Positions 12,865 to 24,740 of a stretch of 64,000 nt of DNA are shown here, in pieces; position 1 is the stretch's first letter; each line of letters begins with the position of its first letter. Both the position numbers and the translations under genes were made by a program. The DNA is taken from NCBI RefSeq assembly GCF_036588685.1, contig NC_086379.1, positions 62,062,001 through 62,126,000 on the forward strand, in the 5' to 3' direction. The DNA comes from Mytilus trossulus. Taxonomy: Eukaryota. The notes under the pieces are model-generated. The model was not told the origin of the DNA. It did not search any database and worked only from the letters and a program-made list of their open reading frames with translations.

Positions 12865-15547
12865 ATTTAAAGCCCAGCCCTTCTACTGGGCAATATTCTG
12901 AAAGAGAAGGTGGCAAGAGGAATGTACGAAAATTTTGGAAGATGTAGCTACAGAGATAATTTTAGATAAGACGTTGCTATGGTAACAGCATACATCACAA
13001 ACACCCCATCGTCTGCAAAACAGATACATCTTGTCTGTTCGAAGGATTTATCTGTTTGATATGTTATTCATTTTCTTACGGAAGCAGAAATAGAATTTCT
13101 ATTTCTACCAATTTTTTTTTAATTTGAAACTTTCATGAAACCGATAAGACACGTTTATATTTAAGTTATGACTCATTTCATATTTATGTAATAACTTGAA
13201 TATTCACATTTCAAATCTTTTTTTTTCAGTTTTATTGGTAAGAACAAAATTAGCTGGTGATATTTACTTGAAAGTTATACATAATAACAAACTTTTTTGT
13301 CTCCATTTTAGTTACAATGCCGAATTCAAAGTTCATCGAACAAAAGACATATTTAAGTAGTTTGTCCTTATTTGAGCTGTCATACGTCAGTCTTGATTTT
13401 TTTAGTTTTCATTTCTTCCAATTTTGTTTAAAATTTGGTATAAAGCTTATCATTTCTTTATTTGGATATTTATTCTATTGTTTATAAAGTCGATTTATTT
13501 ATATCCATTCGTATCAGTAAAAGTACAAAGACTGCTGAGTATAATTATTAATGTGCATTAACTTTGAAGATTTATATTAAAAAACAATGTAAATAAACAA
13601 AATATATGGCACATCCACAGGGGATAAGATTAGTTCTTCAAATAAAACGATTCAGATACTTATTTAATATGGGAATTACATATTAAATTGAAACATATAA
13701 TTTGTCAATCTAGATAATGACGGTACTAGCCTCCCAAGTCGGTTATACAATTTACAAGCAGATAACCTTCTACAACCTATAACACAAAGTTATCATTGTT
13801 TCTTCCAATTAGTCGTCAAGTTATCTTGCTTATACATTGTAGGAGTAATGTATAAACTTGTATCGCGTGCATAGCACGTGCATGTTATTGTGTACTTTTA
13901 TCTTTAATTTTTGATATCCTAAAACTTTGTGATACTTAAAGTGACAAAAAAGAGAGGCAAAAGATATCAAAGGGATATTTCAACTCGGAAATCGAAAATA
14001 AACTGACAACGCCAGGGCTAAAAAAGAAAAAAAAACACAAATAAAAAACAGATCAAAAACATAGCATATAAAACTATTGGAACTGGGGAACACGAACCCC
14101 AACCGAAAAACTGGGTTTGAACATCTTATTTCATACAACTATCCTGACATGTTATTTACATTGAGGAGGAAACCAAATTTCTTCTTTACACACCAATGTT
14201 CATTTATTACTTTTCTAAATCATAAATGGACATAGCCAAGTGTAGTAAAAAAATGTTTGATAAGCACTCAATTCATACTCGAATTTACTATCTTACTGTT
14301 AATTTAAAATTTGAGGCTTTAATGTGTATACCATCGTGCTAAAGTTTTGGAGAAAGACAAGCTGTATTCTAAATACCAATTGTTAAATAAGTTGACTTAA
14401 ATATTTGACAGATGCTCAAGGTATTCTAGTAAATGAACGAAATGTATCAGGTATTTGTTCGAGATTTGTTCATCAACGGTAGGTTTATGAATGTATAGAT
14501 GTATGCTTTACGTGGTACATGTAGATATATTTTGTTGTAAAACTAGAAGCATTTGATATTTGATAAAACACAAACCATATGATAACATCAGGATATGGGA
14601 TGTCAAGAAAATTAAGAAACTGTTGCGTTTGATGGGAAATCAAGTTAAATCTATAAATTGCACATATTTAAATTTTCTTATCATGATTTCGTGTAAACTT
14701 TTACGCAGATATGGTACTGGAAAATAAAGAGTTCAGGGAAAAAATAGGAAACAGCGTACACATCCAATAAAGACAAACACAGTGATCCCATCTTCTCCTG
14801 GTGAATTTTCCTTTCCGTGATGAAAATGCCGCTTTTTTAATGAACATTAATATTCTTGTTTCAAATGTCCAAAAGTGAACATATATTTTATAAACTTTAG
14901 TAAATTAACATTTAAAACGTTTCGGCAATTCCACAGGCCTTCTTCGTTTGTTTTTTTCATTGTCCTTCTCAACTAGATGACATATAGACATTTCACTTTT
15001 ACAATCATTAAATTGTCATATGATAGATATAGTTTTGTTACGTTATCATTTCCGTTTGAAAATTGATAGATAAATATACATTTGTGTAATACATGCGTTA
15101 CGTGTTATAAAATTGCACACTGCTTCAGGCATCATATATATGTCTTTGAAACTGGTTCAATAATCATTGTTCTTGAAAATATATCACGTGACAGTCATTA
15201 CAAATACATAAGTATTGCTTTTGTAAATTAATGTATGTCCTCAATATGCATAATATAATATTCATATATTTATATATTTGAGCAGTAAGAATAAAAAATA
15301 TGCAAGGCCCTGAAAAAAAACTATAGATTATGTTAAAGCTATATATATATTTAAGATGAATGCGATGTACATTACATACTAGTCAACAAAAGAACGTTTG
15401 AATTCAAATTTACCATAAAATATAATATATAGGAAAAGACTGTTAAATTATTGAATCGAAACATTTCAGTTGCAAAGTAAATGCATATGATTAAAAAGAT
15501 CTGACAACATCGGAAGTAGATAAAATACCGTGATAATAAGCACAGGG

Positions 15548-18500
15548 TTCAAATTCAAAATTCAAAGCTTTTTTTATAGTCGGCATGTTACATAACAAAT
15601 AAACATAAGCTCTCTGAGCTTTTATAAACGACAAATGCATACATTTACATAACAATCATACACAATACAAATATTAAAACATAAAAGACATAGAACATAC
15701 ATTTCATGCACATTTAGACTGCACTTTTTAAATACTATATTATACACATGCATAAGCATAAGCACTAAAAGCAAACATAAAAACTAAAGCCCAGCATTCA
15801 CAAATTATAAAAAGCTAAGCAAACATTCACAAAAAGCAGCACTATTATATTTGAAGTTGTAACATGAAATAAATAAAACTAAGCACATGCATTGCAATGG
15901 CATGAGTTGCCATTCCATGAGTTTATTAGACTCTTGAATTGGGTAAAAGATGTTTCAGTTCTAAAGTGGTTTGGCAACTCATTCCATAGTTTGGCAGCAG
16001 AATATCTGAAAGATTTCAAGCCATACCTTGTTGTTCGGTGTTCTTACGTCAGGTATTTCAGCTTAATTTTGGTATCTGAAAGAATATTTTGTTTTTTTAA
16101 TATTTATAAGATCATTTAGGTACACTGGATTTTCACGATTGACTGTTCTAAATACCTCTGTTGCCATGGTTCTTATGCGTCTTACTTTAAGTGATGGCAT
16201 TTTTAATTTTAAAAGTAAGTCTTCATATGTGCTATTGTGATCCTGGTAAATGAAGCGAAGTGCTCTTTCTTGTACTTTTTCAATTTTTGTAGTGTTGGCC
16301 TCGCTGCAGAAATGCCAGGACAATGAACAGAAATTAAAGTTTGACATGATAAAGAAAGGAGTGATATATTGTTAGTTTTCCAAGTTTGTTTAAGTATTTG
16401 CCAAGTCTTTTTAAAACATTTAGTTGTCTGGATGCTTTTTTGCAGATGTTTGATATATGCGTGTTAAAATTTAGTTCAAAGTCAATGGTGATGCCTAATA
16501 TAACTATAGTTTGACCTCTTTTTCACATTTTATTTTGTTACCTGCTAGATCAAATGTAATGTTTTGCCCATTGTTTTTTTGCCAATTGCCAAAGCTTAAA
16601 ATTTTTCAGGGTTTGCCTTCATTTGATTGGAAGAATCGGTGTCTATATCTCTATTTGCATAAGATAATGTGTTGTCATCAGCATAATTGTATAGTGAACT
16701 GTTTGTGTTGAAGTGAAATATGTCATTAATGAAGATGTTAAACAGTATAGGACCTAGAATAGAACCTTGTGGTACTCCTTTGTATATGTTTTGCCAATTG
16801 CTCAGACTAGAGCCAACTCGAACACATTGTTTCCTGTTAGATAAGTAATTTTTAATGAGTTTTAATGAGGAAGTTAAAAGACCATATGCTTCAAGCTTAA
16901 GCAGTAGAAGATCGTGAGGGAGACAATCGAAAGCCTTAGATAGATCCATTAGAATTGAGCCAATAAACTTATTTTGATCAAGTGCCATTTTCCAGTCCTC
17001 TATTATTATTATATTCTGAGTAGAGTAGTTTGACATCCATATTTTGGTCGAAAAGCAGATAAGTATGGATGGAGTGTGTATTGAAGTATCCAACTAGCTG
17101 GTTGTAAATTGCTCGTTCAAAATATTTTGAAATTGCTGGAAGTATACTTACTGGTCTATAGTTGCCCATATCAAGTACATTGTTCTTTTTGTGCAATGTT
17201 ACAACTTGTGCCTCTTTTAATTTGTCTGGAAAAGTGGCTGATTTTATAGTCTTGTTTATCAATTCAGTTATTGGTTTTGTGATAACTGGTTGTGCTAGTT
17301 ATAGATCTTTAACTGATATGCCATATATTCCTGTTGCCTTTTTTATGTTTAATTTTTTAAGTTGTTTATCTACACATTCATTTGAGATGACACTAAATTC
17401 TAGTTGTTGTGTGGCAGTTTTGTTTTCGTGTATTTTTTTAACACTTGGATGGTTATTATTAGCAGGTGTGTTGTTGCCAATATCTTTAGCCACATTTATA
17501 AAAAAAAAGTCATTGAAGTGTTCTGCTTCTTTCTTTTGATCACTTATTATGGTTTCTTCATCACATAGAATGATATTTTTTGTGAAGTTTCTACCTTTTG
17601 TTTGTAATAAAACTTAAGGTTTAATTGTAGGCCAGAAATCAGAGGTTTTTGGTCCGTCTATGCAGCGTTCGTAAAAGTATGTTTTAATGAATTTTTTCTT
17701 TATTTTGTTGACTAGATTTTTCTGTTATCTATAGAGTTCCCAGTTATTACCTGATTTTTGTTTGTTATTATTGTACAGTTGTCTTTTTTTACACTGCTTT
17801 TCGTAACTCCTGGTTCATAAATGGTGCTGGTTGTTTACATTGTTTTCTTTTTTTCAAGGGAGCATGTTGGTCTAAAACATTTACCACAGCCTTTTCAAAA
17901 TCTGAATATACCTGATTTATATCATCTTGATCTATTATTTTAGAAAATTCAATTTTTTCTAAGTCTGAAATAAAAATATCTTGATCTAATTTTTTAAAGC
18001 TTTTATAAGTTTTATACTCTGTGGTCTTATTTGAAATTTGACTCTTTATCTGTACACTGATCATATTGTGCACATCACTAATACCAGTATTAAATTCTTT
18101 TATATTCGTACATAAACTAGATTTATTTGTCAGTACAACATCTATCAGACTTGGATTATTCCCCTTAGTATGACATGTAGGCTCATGTACCAGATTTGTT
18201 ACAGCGGATTCCACTGAGTGTGTAGGAAAAGGTAATATCTTTGGTTTGCTTGCTTGTTAGCTGAACCGTGAAGTCATTGTTAGGTTAGGTAAACTACCCT
18301 ACTTTAAGAATAGACTAGTCCGACAGAAAACCAATCTATCTGTCTGTTGGACTATGCTACTTCGAAAGGAGGGTAGTATACCTGACCTAATAATGACTTC
18401 ACGGTTCACCTATCAAGCAAGCTAACCAAAGATATTACCTTTGCCTTCACACTCAATGAAATCCGCTGTAAATCACAAACATCACAAGCATCTTTTAAAG

Positions 18501-19700
18501 TATTAATTTTCTCATTTACTAGCATATCATAATTGAGATCACCTAACATTAAAATATTATCATATTTTGTTGAAGCTTTGTCAAAGGTATCTATAAAGTC
18601 TTTGCTAAATTCTGAATTTGACATAGATGGTGGTCTATATAACCCTGTTATTAGCCATTTTCTATTAATGACAAACAGGTCTACACAAATTGATTCTACT
18701 GAGTTAAATTCTAAATTACACTTCCTGTCACATACCAGATCGGATTGAGCATATGCGACAAGTCCTCTCCCGTTTTCAATTCCATCCGCTCTCCAAAAAT
18801 GATAGTCATTTACACGAAACTGAGCATCTGGAAAAGAACTGTCTATTTTAGTTTCAGCAATAAATAACTTTTCAACTAGACTAGATGATAGCAAGTCTTC
18901 AATTAAGCAATATTTATGTCTTAGGCTATTTATATTTACGTATGCACAGGTGAATTGCATTGGATGTCTCTTTTTAAGTTCTCTGAGTTGGTCAAATACA
19001 TCGCTTTCACTTGGTGATTCATTCCTGGCTGATGTATCATTTTGGTAAATAGGTGATGATGAAAGTGAGGAGAAAGAATTTTCCTCATTACTATTGATCT
19101 CAATAGGAATTGTTGAAAAAGGAGTCGCTGAAGTGAAACAAGTTGCACTCTGGAATACCCAAGGATCGTCAGTATTGCCCCACATCTTATAATCTGTTGG
19201 GGTAATGTTCGCACATTTGATATGACACCAGCAGTATCATGATTCACGGTATATTGCTCGATGGTTTTTAGCAACTGGTCTATGGCATAGGCCACATGGA
19301 TTCTTTACTGGACCAGGATTTAATGATATATCACCGTTTATTATCAGAATTATCATTAGTCTATGACATCTTTGTGAAATATTTATAGGTTGAAAACATA
19401 GAGGTGGTCTGCTGTATTTCATATGGTAAGACAGCATTGAATGATTGTCAACATGCAGGTAATTTGCAAGGGTTACCTCATAATTATAAAATAGCTGTTG
19501 TTTACTATTTACACAAGTTGAGGTGCCAGTTTGTGTTGGTACCTTGGACTCATATGTAAACTGATGGAATAGTTCTTGTTGTGGCTTTTCAGAGATATTC
19601 GTATTCAAATTTATTTTGCAGAAATGATGGTCGGCACTTGCTTTCGAAGATGAGAATAAAGTATTCAAGTATCTGTAAAGGCAATCAAAATTGTAAGCAG
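15548..19700 (-). mobile_element. Decayed CR1-group (CR1/L2/Crack-like) non-LTR retrotransposon: 2A-like peptide, PHD finger, APE endonuclease, reverse transcriptase
   Basis: Frameshifted ORF pieces: GDISLNPGP followed by CGLCHRPV...WCHIKC (PHD); NINSL, AETKID, GLYRPP, LGDLNYD, PTC...SLIDVVL, SDVH (APE); NYRPVSILP, MDLSKAFD, GVPQGSILGPILF, YADD (RT); IEKVQERALRFI; 3' (TTTGAA)n tail at 15548-15566. The 5' boundary is uncertain and may extend to ~20350. Confidence 0.93.
18202..18468. mobile_element. 267-bp fully palindromic MITE with TA target-site duplication (Tc1/mariner-type), nested in the LINE endonuclease
   Basis: Ends CAGCGGATT...AATCCGCTG, arms pair over ~120 bp, TA at 18200-18201 and 18469-18470; removing it restores the LINE frame. 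Confidence 0.92.
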
Positions 19701-22269
19701 ATCATTTTTAATTTTTAAGTATTAAATTGTTAGATATCGATTTTTTAAATTTTTGGTCATAATCGCGTACTAGTATTTGGCTTAACTATAATGAGCAAGT
19801 ATCAACTTTACTAAATACTATTTCTAGGCATATCAATAAATACTAAAATACTATATATAGCCGATAGCCCAGCAATACTGGTGGACCCCATATTTTATTA
19901 AATATAAATATAATATATATATACACAATATACATGAAGCATAAGTATCAATCAACTAGGAATCAACTTTCATAAGGAATTCTGTAGAAAAACCAGTAAA
20001 TTGTGTAAAAATATGGGCTCTGTCATCAACGATCCCGCCGGCCAGGAAAAACCAACAAAAACGAGTTACCTCGGTTCAAACTCCATTTAAACTGCAGTCA
20101 AAAGACTACATTTTAAATAAAGTGGAAAATTTTGGAAACCTGTGTTCAAACCCAAATGCTCGGAAGACCGTCTCGAGAGGTACACTTGGACTGTATATAA
20201 CTGAATAAATATATACTATTTGAAATAATAATTCAATTTACTAAATAGTAAAATATAAATCCCTACTAAATACAAATTAGAATAACAATTCAATATAAAA
20301 TGAAATTTATTTCACTGTTGTCCAGTCTGATGCTTGGCTAGAAGTGACCAACAAGGGAAAATATTCCCGCTCAATATCAGTATCACGTGATACATGTATG
20401 TATATACGTGTACATAAGTACCCGTATCAATAGTATTCACTAGTACCGTTATTACAATAATTTCCCACTATACTATCGAACCGTTGGAAATTATAATGAT
20501 TGTGTGAAGAAAATGCTACTGGAAATATATGACCAATTGGGCAATTATTTACCTTGTTACAATGTATACAATTTCATTATATATGAAAAATACAATGCCT
20601 TGATCGAATCATTTATTTTATACTTTGTTGACTATTTATAGTTTATTTATAACTGAGGATATTTTATATATATATATAAATAACGAAATTGACCAATTAT
20701 AACTTTAAGACTCATATATTATGCTCCGAAATTAGAATTATTGGATATACGAAAACAAAAGATAGTATTTTTCTCCTAGCTATAATAATTTTGTTTACTA
20801 GAAGCATTGCCCCCGTTTTGTTGATGAGAGTGCATGAGGAGTGCATTGTATGTGTAGGGACATTTGGTTTTAGATAAATGTCGATGTTTTATTTCGTTCA
20901 GTATACACAGACCTATCTATCTAGAAGCGAAATCCTTCTTTAATAAATTTATTTTTGGTGAATAATTTAACCTTTTATTCACTTTATATTGGTCAAATGG
21001 CTAACATTTATTCTGATTACACCCCCACAGAACCCCAACTATTAATATAGTATAATAGATAAGTGTGTATTGGTGTGTAAATAAAAACTGTAAGTATATA
21101 TTATAGACTCCCGGCAAAAATGTTATAATGTTAGGCCTTTTAAATTGACTTTATATCCAAAAATGTGCGGTAGCTTAATTTAATAACTTAAAAGTGTTAC
21201 AGTAAGATTAAGGGGTATGTGTATTGCTATTACAAAAGATACGCTTGTATTTTTAGGTTAAAAAACTAACGTGATGCACTTGGCTGAATGTAACCAAAAT
21301 TTCATATCCTTTATAGGTTGAAATGATTTGAGTAACTCGGAAATATTATTTTTTTACATCAAGTAAAAAGGAGCATATGATTTTTATAAGAAAGGTATGA
21401 TGGAAGGACACTATTTATACCAATAGGAATGCTTTAAACTTTTTATGTCAGCAATATATAGCCTTTCGAATTAAGAACTCCTAGTAGCAGTTTGTTATTG
21501 AAAAAACGTTGCTTGTGAGTATAAATAGTGCAGTTTAGACATAACACACAAAACGTATCACAAATAATGTAATACTTAGAAGTAACTATATATATAAAGA
21601 CCTTTTCAACCGAATCTAATGGATCGCAACATCAACGTTCATTTAAACTGAATTTGTTTTCAAACCAGAGAGAAAAAAATCTTATATATAGGTCATGATA
21701 ATTTTATTAAACATTTTTTTGTAGATATAAATATAATTGACAGTGTTTCAAAATGTTATGACTATAGAGACGTAATTCGCGAAACCATTTAACCAGTATA
21801 CCGTTTCATATTCCATAAAAATGAATAACTAAACATGTTTGAAATCAAAACTGATACAGGATATTGTTATATACATGTACCTCCAAAATGTCATTAAAGT
21901 TTATAAAACGGATATAACAATCAATGTGTTTTAAAACTGGATTCGTGCCATTTAACAATTAGAAAATGATAGTGTTTCATCCAACAAAATGAACAAACAC
22001 TTAATATATATAATATGTTAGAGATACTTGTTAAATGACAAAACCATACCGTGAGGAAGTGACATATGACACAATCGTCAAACCTGCCACTTCAAACACA
22101 AAGGTAACGATATATTATACATGACTATTATTCTTTTTAATTCTTTATATATGTACACATTTTGAAAAACGACCTGAAGCGCTAGAGTGCAAGAAGAAGC
22201 TGCATATACAATTTAAAAGGTCTCTTTACACCCGGTTACATATTTGAAAAAAAACATTGTATAAATCTT

Positions 22270-22605
22270 TTCTACATTGGCTAGAGGTATAGGGGGAGGG
22301 TTGAGAACTCACAAACATGTTTAACCCCGCCGCATTTTTGCGCCTGTCCCAAGTCAGGAGCCCCTGGCCTTTGTTAGTTTTGTATAATTTTAATTTCAGT
22401 TTCTTGTGTACAATTTGGAAATTAGTATGACGTTCATTATCACTGAACTAGTATATATTTGTTTAGAGGCCAGCTGGAGGACGCCTCCGGTTGCGGGGAT
22501 TTCTCGCTACATTGGAGACCTGTTGGTGACCTTCTGCTGCTGTTTTTTCTATGGTCTGGTTGTTGTCTCTTTGAAACATTTCCCTATTTCCATTCTCAAT
22601 TTTAT
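22270..22605 (+). mobile_element. SINE-like interspersed repeat
   Basis: Shares tagggggagggttg...aacatgtt(t/a)aaccccgcc...gcctgtcccaagtcaggagcc with 58415-58497 and, more diverged, with 54250-54300. Confidence 0.6.
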
Positions 22606-22818
22606 AAATACTAATTTCGGCTGTTATCTGCTTTTCGATCGGGTTGTTGTTTCTTTGACATAATCCCCTTTTCCATTCTCAAATTCAAGTATTAAACTAC
22701 AAATATCTATTAAGAAAGACAGACGAAAACCACAAAAATTGACACAAGAAAGATATCTAAAAACCAATTTCAACGGTTACCGATTGAAAGAGAGATAACT
22801 AGCAACTAATATACTTCA

Positions 22819-22904
22819 CAATCTCCCATACAGACAGAGTTATCGTCCTTTCCTCCTCAGACTGAGGGGGAAAGGACGATAACTCTGTCTGTATTGGGAG
22901 ATTG
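22819..22904. mobile_element. 86-bp near-perfect hairpin MITE with 8-9-bp TSD
   Basis: caatctccca-tacagacagagttatcgtcctttcctcctcag|a|ctgagggggaaaggacgataactctgtctgta-ttgggagattg, flanked by tatacttca (22810-22818) and aatacttca (22905-22913). Confidence 0.85.
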
Positions 22905-24740
22905 AATACTTCACCTATCAGCACTCATGTTCTTTTTATAAATATTTTTTTTACAGAACTGAATAAAAAACCAAAAGGACAGTCAATATTATGTTGCATG
23001 ATATAATGTGAAATAACGTTTTAAATAAACACTTTTAACTAAACCTACAATGTAAAAGGGTCATGTCAAAACAAGCAATACGGGGATAGACATACAAAAA
23101 TAAACATAAGTGGAACCAAAGTGATTTGCTCTCAAAATCAGACAAGAAAACATGCTTACATTTGTCGCAAAAAACATATGCTGCTCGTAACACCCAGTCA
23201 TTAAAAACAATAAAAATCCTAATTGTTTTTTACATGATGCAAAGAAAAGAATAGAAAGAATGTCTTCATTTATTTTTGCAAGACCTAATGCTGTGTCCTT
23301 TATTTGCGATGCAATCCTTATATGACAGTCACTCTATTGTGTACTAAAGTATAAAAAAAATCTGTTTATCCAGACTGTAGGTTTATCACATTCACATTTT
23401 GTATGAAATAAACATTGAAATAAAAAAACTTTGACACTATTGTCGCTGTACCGTATGCTTTGAACTAAACACAAAATTTCAATGATGATCACTCTCAAAA
23501 ACGCGCAAAATGTATGTATTTGTATGTATCTATCAACCAATAACTTAGATCCATCGTCTCTTTCTCTATATGTACTATTCCCTTTAACAATTTGTCAAAT
23601 AAAAAAAAAATACTACAGTACTGGTAGTAGTAGTCAACATTTTTACTATTCAATTGCCGGATTTGAAAGGGAACATTTAAGGTTATTTCGATTTTCAATG
23701 CATACTATATACATGTATAAAGTGTTGCTGCTAAAACTTTCAAGATATCACAAAAATACCAAACTCCGAGGAAAATTCAAAATATCAAGAAATTCCCTAA
23801 TCAAATGTCAAAATCTAAACCTCAAACAAAGCAAACAAATGGACAACAACTGTCATATTGCAGAGAACTAAAAAGATAATTTTAAATGCAAAGGCACACA
23901 ATATGCAAACAATAATTAAGTAGCATTGTGTGTGAAGTCAGAAGAACGACAATCAACACTGTGTCACATCCATGAGTATACAGTGTTAAAAAGGCTTAAA
24001 AAGTATAATAACCAAAAATACAAAACTCTTAACAAAATTCCAAACGGAACGTCTATAATCAAATGGGAAATTCAAAAGCTGAAAACATCAAACGAATGGA
24101 TAACAACTGTTATATTACTGAAAAATTTAACAAATTTTGAAAAGCTCAGGATTTCATAAATATTATATTCGAAAATTCAGTAAGTTTCATTAAAATCATT
24201 AAATGAGTATATGTTAAGAAGAAGAGGCTCAAACTGTATATACTTCATATAATCGTATTTTAGATTATTTGGAATTATCCTATATTGAACAATTTGCTTT
24301 CTCCATTAATATTTATAGATTAGTCGTATATTATAGGGGTGAATTAAAATCCAAATATTTGTTTAGTGCCAATCTGGTACTATAAAAAGCAAAATCACAA
24401 AAATACTGAACTCCGAGGAAAGGAAAATCCATATTCGAATGACAAAATCAAAAGCTCAAACACATCAAATGAATTGATAATACATTGTAACTGTCATATT
24501 CCTGACTGGTTATATACATGCATTATCTTATGTAGAAAAATGGTGGATTGGACCTGTTTTTATAGCTAGCTTAACCTCTCACTTGTATGCCAGTCGCTTC
24601 AAATTCAATTTTGTTGTCTTTTTCAATCATATTTGGACCTGTACACATGAATAACATCGTCATTCTAACATTATATACACCAAACACAAATATGATATAA
24701 TGATTGTTTATATCTTTTTCATTTATACTTTTCAGAAGAA

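Noticed and set aside
14912-14948. Minus-strand gaagaaggc...gccgaaacg, hammerhead-like
   Set aside because: Stem II and GAAA are present but the CUGA part of the core and the cleavage site are missing; too short to call.
19237-19239. In-frame TGA at a Cys position as selenocysteine
   Set aside because: The element has many other disabling mutations, including neighbouring Cys codons, so decay is the simpler explanation.
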